From Thermoproteota archaeon (GTDB taxonomy: Archaea > Korarchaeota > Korarchaeia > Korarchaeales > Korarchaeaceae): a DNA stretch of 35,514 nt. Below the pieces are notes generated by a model that did no database searches, was not told the DNA's origin, and saw nothing but the letters and a program-made list of their open reading frames with translations. A program made the position numbers and the translations under genes. Shown here piece by piece: positions 27,330 to 35,514 of this stretch. Each line of letters begins with the position of its first letter. The first letter of the stretch is position 1. The stretch lies in the NCBI GenBank assembly GCA_027491395.1, contig JAOZFI010000053.1:1-35514 (forward strand), given 5' to 3'.

Positions 27330-28307
27330 ATGACAAGCTACAGCGTGTTCCTGATCAGGAAGGTCCTCGCCATATTCCTGACGTTTATCGCCGCCGTGAC
27401 TTTCGTCTTCATAATGGTCAGGTTGGTCGGAGATCCCTTCGGCACCTTAGTGCTCGAGGACCCGAGAATAACTCCGGAGCAGATAGAGAAGATCAAGGCC
27501 GTCTACGGGCTGGACAAACCGCTTCACGAGCAGTACGTGGACTTCATCCTCAACACTTTCAAGGGGGAGTTCGGGTACTCTCTTCACTACCAGAGGCCAG
27601 TCATGGACGTCATCATGGAGAGACTGCCATGGACACTCCTCCTTCTCCTCCCGGCCATCATAATCTCCACCATCCTCAGCATATACACGGGGATGAAGAC
27701 CGCATGGAAGCATGGCACTAGATATGACGTGGTGGTGACCTCGACGGCCCTCTTCATCAGGAGCACCCCTCATTTCTGGCTCGCCCTACTCTTCCTGATG
27801 TTCTTCGGCTACTACCTCGGATTATTTCCCTTGGCCGGATCGGTAACGCCAGCTAAAGAGTTCCCGTCCGTGCTCGACTACCTCGCTGATATAGCCTGGC
27901 ATGCGGCCCTCCCGATCACCGTGTTGGTGATTAGGGAGATTGGGATGTATATGCTCTACATGAGGAACGCTATGGTCGAGGTCATGGGACAGGACTTCGT
28001 CTGGATGGCGAAGCTCAAAGGGTTAGCGGAGAGGACCGTCATGTACAGGCACGCAGCTAGGGTGGCGATCCTGCCCATGGTCACGGTAACGGCCCTGAGG
28101 TTCGGTTTCATGATAAATGGAGCGATCTTGACGGAGACTGTGTTCAGCTACCCCGGCATGGGGAGACTAATCTTCGACGCCATAATGAACGATGATTACT
28201 TCCTCGTCCAAGGGGCCTTCATCATAATGACGGTCACGGTCCTCTTGGCCAACTTGGTGGCCGATCTGCTCTACGGGGTACTCGATCCCAGGGTTAGGGT
28301 GACATGA
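27330..28307 (+). CDS. Peptide ABC transporter permease (OppB/DppB-like)
   Basis: YGLDKPL..QY, G.FGYS, A.LKGL, TETVFSYPGMG, LDPRVR. Confidence 0.95.
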   Translation: MTSYSVFLIRKVLAIFLTFIAAVTFVFIMVRLVGDPFGTLVLEDPRITPEQIEKIKAVYGLDKPLHEQYVDFILNTFKGEFGYSLHYQRPVMDVIMERLPWTLLLLLPAIIISTILSIYTGMKTAWKHGTRYDVVVTSTALFIRSTPHFWLALLFLMFFGYYLGLFPLAGSVTPAKEFPSVLDYLADIAWHAALPITVLVIREIGMYMLYMRNAMVEVMGQDFVWMAKLKGLAERTVMYRHAARVAILPMVTVTALRFGFMINGAILTETVFSYPGMGRLIFDAIMNDDYFLVQGAFIIMTVTVLLANLVADLLYGVLDPRVRVT

Positions 28308-29233
28308 TGACGGCAGTCAGGAAGGAAGAGCTGATAAGGAACCTCAAGAAGACGGGATGGCAGAGGAAAGTACAGGGAATAAAGGAGTTCATGGGCATAG
28401 TCAGGAGCCACAAGGCCTCGCTCTTCGGATCCATCCTGCTCACGATCATAGTGGTGATGGCGCTGTTCGCGCCCTATCTGGCACCCTACGACCCCTACAA
28501 GAGAACCGGCAGACCTCTGGAGCCTCCGAGCTGGAAACATCCGCTGGGCACCAATGATGCAGGCCAAGACATACTGAGCGAGCTGATCTACGGAGCTAGG
28601 ATCTCCCTCATGATAGGAATAGTATCAGCGGTTTCGGCCGTGGCCATAGGTGTGGTGGTAGGAATGGTCGCTGGCTACAAGGGAGGCAAGGTGGACGAGG
28701 TGCTCATGAGGATAGTGGACCTCTTCATGGTTATGCCCAGCCTCCTCTTAGTGATTTTCCTAGCCATGGTCTTCAAGGGCACGTGGTTAGGAACTCAGAT
28801 GTTCTTAGTACTCATCGTGGCCATTGCAATAACGAGCTGGCCCACCGTTGCTAGGGTGGTCAGGAGCATGATACTATCGCTTAAGGAGAGGCCCTTCGTG
28901 GAGAGCGTCAGGGCCTTGGGAGCCTCAGATGCCTACGTGATGGCCAAGTACCTGCTGCCGAATACAGCTCCCCTCATACTGGCGGAAACGCTCCTGAGAA
29001 CGGCCAGCAACATGATAACCGAGGCATCCCTCAGCTTCCTCGGTCTGGGAGATGCTACCCAGAAGAGCTGGGGTATGATGCTTCACTACGCCTTCTCAAG
29101 GCAGGCCATAGTGCTTGGACTCTGGACGTGGGTCATCCCTCCAGGCCTGATGATATCCCTGAGCGTGCTCTCACTACTGCTCGTTGGACAGGCATTGGAG
29201 ATCTATGTGAACCCAAGACTGAGGAGGAGGTAG
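28304..29233 (+). CDS. Peptide ABC transporter permease (OppC/DppC-like)
   Basis: HPLGT...GQDI, GARISL, FVES.RALGAS, EASLSFLGLG, SWG.ML, NPRLR. Confidence 0.95.
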   Translation: MMTAVRKEELIRNLKKTGWQRKVQGIKEFMGIVRSHKASLFGSILLTIIVVMALFAPYLAPYDPYKRTGRPLEPPSWKHPLGTNDAGQDILSELIYGARISLMIGIVSAVSAVAIGVVVGMVAGYKGGKVDEVLMRIVDLFMVMPSLLLVIFLAMVFKGTWLGTQMFLVLIVAIAITSWPTVARVVRSMILSLKERPFVESVRALGASDAYVMAKYLLPNTAPLILAETLLRTASNMITEASLSFLGLGDATQKSWGMMLHYAFSRQAIVLGLWTWVIPPGLMISLSVLSLLLVGQALEIYVNPRLRRR

Positions 29234-29306
29234 ACAGCTGTACATAGCAGTGATATTAGGGAGTAATACACTCTTTCCACTACCTTTTCTAGTCTCCTTT
29301 CCTAGG

Positions 29307-29615
29307 TTAGGCTATCTTGATTCCTCTCCGCCTCGCTTCAGAGAGTAGCTCCGAGGACTCATTCACGATGATTATATCGGGAGGGAGGCCGGCATCCAGC
29401 AGATTTCTGATCTCCTCATCTAGCAGGGAGAAATAATCTACCTTCTCCAAGGGAACTATCACTATATCCACATCGCTCTCTCCAGGAATGACGCAGCCCT
29501 CCACGAGCGAGCCCACCACGTATGCCTCCTTTACTAAGCCCGATAGTTTCCTCCCTATCCTCTCGATTACCTCCCTCAAATCTTCCAAGGAGACAGTCCT
29601 CACCGGATTAGTCAT
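29307..29615 (-). CDS. Minimal nucleotidyltransferase (MNT)
   Basis: VVGSL.EG......SDVDIVIV; ATG 29615 overlaps the stop of the upstream HEPN remnant. Confidence 0.85.
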   Translation of the reverse strand: MTNPVRTVSLEDLREVIERIGRKLSGLVKEAYVVGSLVEGCVIPGESDVDIVIVPLEKVDYFSLLDEEIRNLLDAGLPPDIIIVNESSELLSEARRRGIKIA

Positions 29616-29785
29616 CTTCCACAACCCTCCGCAGCTCCCTTATTATCCCCTCCATTAGATCCAGATCTTCTTCGGACACTGATGGGATGACCCCGTAATC
29701 CCCTCTTTCCCCTCACAGGGTATGCCTTGGAAATTCCCTTCACAAGCTCTACCTCGGGCCCCAACTCTTCTCTCCTTTGATTCTA
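29608..29785 (-). pseudogene. 3' remnant of a HEPN-family gene (R..GDY type), frameshifted and 5'-truncated
   Basis: REELGPEVELVKGISKAYPVRG, frameshift, then GDYGVIPSVSEEDLDLMEGIIRELRRVVEDD*; coupled to the MNT start; cut off by AT-rich DNA. Confidence 0.6.
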
Positions 29786-29869
29786 GAGTTTATTTAAAAT
29801 TTGTTACTTTATCATCACGTAAATTATTAACGATAATGTTTATAAGATGATTAAATTATTATAATTATA

Positions 29870-30613
29870 ATGATCAGAATAATGATCAGAGATATAAGAA
29901 GAATTGTCATCCAAAGAATGTGGATTTTGCTGACCTCTCTTCTCCTTGTTGTATCATTAGTTATTCCTTTAGCCGTCTCAGTAATAGCGTCGGACTATTC
30001 CTATGATATGTCAATAAGTCTCACGAGAAGTGATCTATGTTAGAGTAAATTACCTTGCTTTAATGTACAGGGTTCTAGTACAAACAATATATCTTCCTCT
30101 CTAAGAAATATCTACATAATTCCCGAATCGGAGATGCTGCTAATGAAAAAAGCTTTCAAGAAAAACTTTATGAGTTTAAGCAGAGAATATGTTAAGTATA
30201 TGAACAGCTATAGCACTAAACACTTAAATATATCAAATATAGACGGGTGGGAGTACGGGTTCCCACCGGTATTCTTTACTGCCGAAGAATGGCATATCCT
30301 TATGAATAGAGTAGTTACTCTAGACAGAGAGTTAAGGACATTACTAAGGATGTGCAACATGTCCTTCAAGATCAACATATTAATACCTCCAACGGCTAAT
30401 TCGTCTTATATAATCGCTAGTAGTAAGATCATTAAAAAATACGCCGAAAAACTTGAAAATATTAAGCTAAGTATGATATTTATTATCGACTTAACAGGCA
30501 AAATCAACAGTCTATCGTTGGAGGATACGTACCATGTTCTCAGGGAAGTGTCGGAGATAACAAATATTTCCCTGCAATTGGCCTCGCGCGCGAGGTCACA
30601 ACGGTACCGTTGA
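29870..30613 (+). pseudogene. AT-rich gene for a secreted or membrane-anchored protein with one in-frame TAG
   Basis: ATG 29870, then basic plus hydrophobic leader, TAG at 30041-30043; the same frame continues into the 30134-30613 ORF. Confidence 0.6.
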
Positions 30614-32078
30614 GTGGGTGTACGGGAAAGAGAGCCTCAGTGCAGCCCACGCAGACGTAGATGGAGACAGAGAGGGAGAACTCCTAGTATCGACTCCATC
30701 CAGTCTAGAGATCCTCGATAGCACCAGATATCGATTGGAGGTGGAAACCCATCCTTACGAGATCGTCGTCAGGTTAGAGCAAGACATAACACCCCTGATA
30801 GCACAGGAGAGGAGGATCTTCATCAAATCCACAGCCACCACCTTCTACAGAATCAACGATTCCGAAGTCGCCCTGAACGCCCTCCCCGGCAGGTATGAGA
30901 TCGGCTTGATGGTAGGTAATTGGGTCGCGGCCACGCAAAGAGTGGTCGTTCCTTGGGCTCCGACTATGGAGTGGCCGAGCCCCTCAGGATCCGTTTCGAG
31001 GAGTTTCTTGGTGAGGCACGCCACGGGCAAGGGGCTAAGCATCGGACGTGAGAAGACTCTCTTTCCCGACTACACGCTGACTCTCCTCATTGGAGATGTT
31101 GATGGGGATGGTAGCCCCGATCTAGTCCTCATGAACGGTAAGGAGATGCAGATATTCGATATGAGCGGGAGAGTCGTTAAAGTCCAGCTGGACAGCGAAG
31201 CTAGAGGGGGAATCATAGCTGATCTGAATGGGGATGGCATCTCGGAAGTCCTAGTAGTGGAGAGAAGAAAGGTTCAGGCATTCTCCCACCTTACCAACCT
31301 ATGGGACTTCAAAGCTGAGGATGGTGAGGAGTTCACCGGAGCGGCGATAACGCCCGTAGGGAGGGAGAGATGGCTGATCATCACTGCAAGATCGAGCGTC
31401 TACTCCCTCACACCTGGAGGTACCTTGAAGTGGAAGCTGAGCCTAAGTGGGGAGCTGTCGCCACCGGCCATGTCAGATATCGACAACGACGGTGAATTTG
31501 AGGCTGTGGTAGCCGTTAATCTAGGTAATAAGTCCGAGATCCTAGCAGTGGATGAAGGCGGAACTCCCAGCCCGATTATCTCGATGAACTCAAGTGTGAG
31601 GGAGATCTTCGTTTCCGATATTGGAGGCGACGGCACCAAGGATCTCGTAATGCTGTGCAATTCCGGCTCATACATCAAATCAGGTGAAAACATTGTTCTA
31701 ATTCTACCGGATGCCTATCCACCGGCAATAGCCGACATTGACGGAGATTCGAGGATAGATGTAGTAGCGTATTCCAGAGAGGGCATCCTCATGATAGTCA
31801 CAGCTGAGGGCGTCAGGAAGTTTGACTTAGGGTTCGAAGACGCCTCTCCACCCGTAGTAGTCGATCTAAAGAATTGAAGCTCTAAAATTCTATTGGGTGA
31901 CTACCAAGGACGCTTACACTTAATCGACCCAGATGGGGCTGCAATATCTACGATTAAGGTATCTCGCTTTCCCGTGAGGGGAGTCTATCCCGTGGACTTG
32001 GATTCGGACGGTCGCTTGGAAGTGGTAATCACAGATCTCGAGGGAATTCACGTGCTCTCCTCAGGCGATCTTCCCTAA
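30594..32078 (+). pseudogene. FG-GAP/VCBS-repeat beta-propeller protein, 5'-truncated, with in-frame TGA
   Basis: Repeated DxD/NxDG motifs (DVDGDG, DLNGDG, DIDNDG, DIGGDG, DIDGDS, DLDSDG); TGA at 31875-31877 is in frame with ORF 31893-32078; no signal peptide or SD. Confidence 0.7.
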
Positions 32079-32504
32079 GACGGTTCTAATCATCGCTTCG
32101 AAATCTCTCTGAATCCGTTTCACTATGAATCTCATGATGGAGACCATGCCAGGTGACCTTTCCAGCAGCACCTCTCCCTCCAGTACTTTCGCCCTGAACC
32201 AGGGCGGGGCGTAATCTATTACCCTCACATCCACGGGAATCCCTACGATGCGACTTAGCTCATCCGATAAGGTCTCCTCGTAACAAGGCAGCTCCTCGTA
32301 AGGGACTCTGCCACCAGTAAGAACTCCGACATCGATATCCCTGAACACGGGCGATGAGATGAAGCTCCCGTAGATGAGGACAGCTAGGATCTCCTCCCTA
32401 GGTAAGAGGGCCTCTAGCAACTTATGCTTAACTTCCCCTTTCTCAGAATCGGAAAGCCTGTAGAAGGTGAACCTCTGCCTGTCCTCACGGATCCTTAGAG
32501 ATAT
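32061..32504 (-). CDS. MntA-like minimal nucleotidyltransferase antitoxin
   Basis: IYGSF......RDIDVGV, VDV..ID.AP..FR..VL.G; the frame is open upstream of TTG 32420 to ATA 32504 behind GGAGGTGA. Confidence 0.85.
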   Translation of the reverse strand: MSLRIREDRQRFTFYRLSDSEKGEVKHKLLEALLPREEILAVLIYGSFISSPVFRDIDVGVLTGGRVPYEELPCYEETLSDELSRIVGIPVDVRVIDYAPPWFRAKVLEGEVLLERSPGMVSIMRFIVKRIQRDFEAMIRTVLGKIA

Positions 32505-32899
32505 AAGCCCTCACCTCCTCCAAGAATGATTCTATCGCCTCTATTCCGCCACCTCTTGCTTCTTCATACAACCTGAGATTATCCACCTCCCAGTACCTGT
32601 GAACCAGCATGTTCCTCAGAGATGCGAGTCTCTCCACTTTAGTACCCACGGATGGTCTCACGACTCCCTTCCTGTATAATTCGCTGAAGGACTCCCTATA
32701 CCCTCTGGGTAGCACCCCGAAATCCCTCTCTAAATATAGAAACAGCGATTATTATGAGGAGATACCTCAACGTGTACGGGTTTCTCCTATCCGACAGATA
32801 TTCATCGATGGAGAGCCCACATATTTCCTTTAGACTGGACAAGTAATCTGAAACCTCTTCGATTAGCCTCAGAACCATGTTCCTATAAATATTTGTCAT
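32485..32899 (-). pseudogene. HepT/DUF86 HEPN RNase toxin split by a frameshift
   Basis: N-half (32899 to about 32735) and C-half YLERDFG..P.GYRESF...LRNMLVHRYW.VD lie in different frames. Confidence 0.85.
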
Positions 32900-33172
32900 C
32901 TCACGTCGGACGAATGTGGGAGATTTCCTTTAAAAGACATAGGATTCTCCATCCCGCCGTATTGACTGGATGCCGGGTTCGATGCCAAGATCTATAGAGC
33001 ATTCCCTAGCAAGGGCACTATAGCTTTCGAATTCTGCTGGAGTTACGTGCAAATATAGAGCCTTTAAACGTCGAACTGAGTGCTCGACTATGCACGAACT
33101 CTTTTAGGGATGCGCTCCAAACCCCCCATCACTCTTCCAAGGACAAGGTTCACGGGCGGACGGCCTTCCGGG

Positions 33173-34474
33173 TCATACAATGCTGACAACCTCACCGAGC
33201 TTGCCCGATCTCAGTCTGTCGTAGAGAGCTGCCACCACGGGAGAGGCCCTAACCTCGTAGACCACCTTCCTGTATATCTGATCTAGGTTTGCAGGGTTCT
33301 CCGGATCTCCCGGCGGGTAGTCAACCCTCTCCTGCTTCGATACCTCCCCTCTAACCTCAACTATTGAAGGTTGCCTCTCGGGGAACTGCGTCGACAGCTC
33401 CGGATTCACCACCACATTCACTTTCTTTTCCAAGGCTCTTACCCTAGAATCCCCGAGCCCTCTCTCTAGCTCGTCTAAACCTACTCTCCCGTAGATGAGG
33501 GCCAACGCCACCAAGTAGGGAAGGCTGAATCTAGCCTGATCTACGTTTTTCGGCTCCCTAATTCCCGCGACTTTCGCTGCCTCCTCAAATACATCCACCC
33601 TGACTTCTCTCACCTCCTCAGGATTCACCCCGTCGCTCAGCATTATCGCGGCCGTTAGCGCAGTGTGAGTGTGCCTGCATGTCGGAAAGAACTTGTAACC
33701 GTTCAGTAGTATGGCATAGTTCCATCCGGGGTCCAAGCTCTCCTCTAGCCTGCATTCGGGAGCCATGTTCTTGCAAAATCCTCTTTCGTCCTCGAGGGCC
33801 CTTAGATTCGTTTTCATGCCATTCCTCGCCATTAGTGAGGAAGTAACTCCCAGAAAGGCGGCGTGGCCTGAGCTGAACGGTTTGATGGATGATCCCCCCG
33901 ATATGAAGCCCCAGAGTCCCGAGGCATAATAAGAAGAGATCGCTAAAGCCTGGGGAGCCTCCTCCAAACTTAACCCCAACACCCTCGACGCGGCAGCTGC
34001 AGCGCCCAAAGACCCAGCAGTGGCGGTGGTGTGCCATTTAGAGTAATGATCTCTGCCGAAAGCCCTTCCAAATCTTGCAGCCACCTCATATCCGATAACC
34101 ACGGCCTCAAGCAGCTTCTCCCAGCTGACCTTCCCCTCCCCAAGCGCCAGAGCGGCCGGAACGATAACGCTGCCTGCATGGACGAAGCCCTGTCTCAACC
34201 AGTCGTCATACTCGAGCGAGTGGATAGCGAAGCCGTTTACGAGAGCGGCCATCGATGGAGAAGATCGCCACCAAGCCCCCAGAACTAGAGAACCTTTATC
34301 GATTGGGTAGGCTAGGGAAGCGAACCTCTTCACCCTCTCCTCCCTCTCAAAGCCGAGTATGCCTACTCCAATGGAGTCTAGGAGGGCTTTTCTGGCCTCA
34401 TCCCTGACCTCCAGCGGTAGAGAGGAGTATTCCCAAGACCACACCTGTGACAGGATATCCACCACTACCGGCAT
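33173..34474 (-). CDS. MmgE/PrpD family protein
   Basis: LLDSIGV, AALVNG...H.LEYDD, H.GS.IVPAALA, GYEV, H.T.T.G, K.FPTCRHTH, RFSLPY, GDPENP. Confidence 0.92.
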   Translation of the reverse strand: MPVVVDILSQVWSWEYSSLPLEVRDEARKALLDSIGVGILGFEREERVKRFASLAYPIDKGSLVLGAWWRSSPSMAALVNGFAIHSLEYDDWLRQGFVHAGSVIVPAALALGEGKVSWEKLLEAVVIGYEVAARFGRAFGRDHYSKWHTTATAGSLGAAAAASRVLGLSLEEAPQALAISSYYASGLWGFISGGSSIKPFSSGHAAFLGVTSSLMARNGMKTNLRALEDERGFCKNMAPECRLEESLDPGWNYAILLNGYKFFPTCRHTHTALTAAIMLSDGVNPEEVREVRVDVFEEAAKVAGIREPKNVDQARFSLPYLVALALIYGRVGLDELERGLGDSRVRALEKKVNVVVNPELSTQFPERQPSIVEVRGEVSKQERVDYPPGDPENPANLDQIYRKVVYEVRASPVVAALYDRLRSGKLGEVVSIV

Positions 34475-34509
34475 CTTGCTACCTAGGGAGTCTACCTTAT
34501 CAACTATGG

Positions 34510-34591
34510 GATCCGTCTAGGCTAGGGATTTCAGTAGTCTTGCTGGTAGTGATGAAACCCATCATTTCGATCCGTCTAGGCTAGGGATTTC
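34510..34591. repeat. 23-bp exact direct repeat pair separated by 36 bp (repeat-spacer-repeat)
   Basis: GATCCGTCTAGGCTAGGGATTTC at 34510-34532 and 34569-34591. Confidence 0.9.
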
Positions 34592-34599
34592 CGTTCTGA
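34549..34599 (+). ncRNA. Candidate C/D box sRNA
   Basis: GTGATGA 34549-34555 to CTGA 34596-34599, 51 nt in total; D'-like TCGA after an 11-nt guide; poor C' box. Confidence 0.3.
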
Positions 34600-35481
34600 T
34601 CTGGACTTGATCTCCCTCACTATTTCCAGCAGGGCCCTAGCCTGCTCGTAGTTCATTCGGTCTATCATCATTCCCCTATGAGAAGCCGCTCCTAGCCCCC
34701 TTCTAACCGCCTCCTCGTAAGCTTTGACTATCTCCTCAGCCTCTTTAATCTCTTTCTCGCTCGGAGTGAACACCTCATTGATTATCGGTATGTGGGAGGG
34801 ATGAATCGCGTACTTCCCCTTATAGCCCAGCCTCCTAGCTAGGAGGGCTTGCCTCTTCACCCCCTCCCTGTCAATGATCAGCCCGAGGAAGGGGGTGTCC
34901 AAGGCCGGGATTTTGGCAGCAGTGGATGCGACGCTCACCTTAGACCTAGCATACAGGAGTTCGATCTCATCATCAGAGAGGTCGCTGACGCTCCTGCCCA
35001 AATCCCTCAAGAAGTCCCCCATGCCGAACGAGAGCGCGCAGATCCTATGCGAGGAGAGGGCTATCTCGAGGGATCTCTCAACGCCCATTGCGCTTTCTAT
35101 CAGTGGGATTATCCTGACCTCCTCCAGTCCTCTCTCCTCCTCTAAGCGCTGTACCCGCTCCTCCAAGTACTTAATGTCCTCAATTCTCTCAGTCTTGGGG
35201 AGCACGATCCCGTCCAGCCCCTTCACCATTGTGAACACCAGATCGTCCTCAAGCATCCCAATCGTTGACGAATTCACCCTGACAAACACCTCGCCACTGA
35301 ATTTCCCCCTTTCCTCTTTCAGGAACTCCCTAACAAGCCACCTAGCAGTCTCCTTCTCCCCTATAGGTACAGCATCTTCCATGTCCAGTACCACAACATC
35401 AGCCCCGCTCCTCAACGAGCTCAGCATCAACCTCCAGCTATTGGCAGGTACAAAGAGCAAGGATCTGGCTAGAAAGGTCAT
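34576..35481 (-). CDS. citE: CitE-family acyl-CoA lyase (citrate lyase beta / malyl-CoA lyase-like)
   Basis: RSLLFVPAN, DMEDAVP..EK..AR, VRVN, LPK.E, IESA.G, FG.GD, G..GK.AIHP, G.MID. Confidence 0.9.
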   Translation of the reverse strand: MTFLARSLLFVPANSWRLMLSSLRSGADVVVLDMEDAVPIGEKETARWLVREFLKEERGKFSGEVFVRVNSSTIGMLEDDLVFTMVKGLDGIVLPKTERIEDIKYLEERVQRLEEERGLEEVRIIPLIESAMGVERSLEIALSSHRICALSFGMGDFLRDLGRSVSDLSDDEIELLYARSKVSVASTAAKIPALDTPFLGLIIDREGVKRQALLARRLGYKGKYAIHPSHIPIINEVFTPSEKEIKEAEEIVKAYEEAVRRGLGAASHRGMMIDRMNYEQARALLEIVREIKSRSERKSLA

Positions 35482-35514
35482 AAGACATCCCTCAGCAGCT
35501 CGATTATATGCTTG

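Noticed and set aside
29786-29890. AT-rich tract as an origin DUE
   Set aside because: No flanking ORBs; better explained as the promoter region of the AT-rich foreign fragment
32960-33030. GGGTTCGAT tRNA T-loop-like motif, LDAGFDAK transposase-like peptide and a bulged hairpin at 32991-33022
   Set aside because: No cloverleaf or paired T-stem, the peptide frame is short and bounded by stops, and there are no terminal repeats; insufficient support
33080-33286. 68-aa ORF on the plus strand
   Set aside because: Half overlaps the PrpD-family gene antisense; no recognisable motif or SD
34510-34591. Formal CRISPR array call
   Set aside because: Only two repeats, no leader or cas genes, and one repeat is coding sequence; kept as a repeat feature and a hypothesis
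474-35145. Numerous 60-190 aa ORFs antisense to or out of frame within recognised genes
   Set aside because: Shadow ORFs of genes with clear family motifs; Ser/Pro/Leu-rich, with no SD or motifs

Overview
Archaeal chromosomal window. GGTGA/GAGGTG Shine-Dalgarno (SD) motifs, heavy AGG/ATA codon use, TIP49, uL16/L10e, Csl4, Rpo11, EgsA and aEF-2 point to a thermophilic TACK-type archaeon. Korarchaeota is plausible but not provable from the sequence. Positions 1-29.2 kb are mostly housekeeping: TIP49, putative surface/glycan genes, a PAPS-reductase-like Fe-S protein, lipid genes, proC, a beta-oxidation fusion, acdB, EF-2, a trmJ-rpl10e-METTL5-csl4-DUF2067-rpoL cluster, an M20 peptidase, vapBC and a divergent peptide ABC transporter. 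Positions 29.3-32.9 kb are a decaying accessory patch: two MNT/HEPN pairs with broken HEPN genes flank an AT-rich foreign fragment with an in-frame TAG and a 5'-truncated FG-GAP gene with an in-frame TGA. The window ends with MmgE/PrpD and CitE-family genes. The best leads are a linker-histone-like protein (Lys-rich tail plus winged helix) divergent from a small acidic protein, a AAA+/wHTH ATPase with degenerate Walker motifs upstream of a PRC-barrel gene, a 23-36-23 bp repeat-spacer-repeat at the citE 3' end that also carries C/D-box motifs, a membrane-anchored glucuronyl C5-epimerase-like gene, and several apparent non-canonical start codons. No tRNA, rRNA, cas or transposase genes were recognised. 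All calls come from motif recognition by eye, without database searches.
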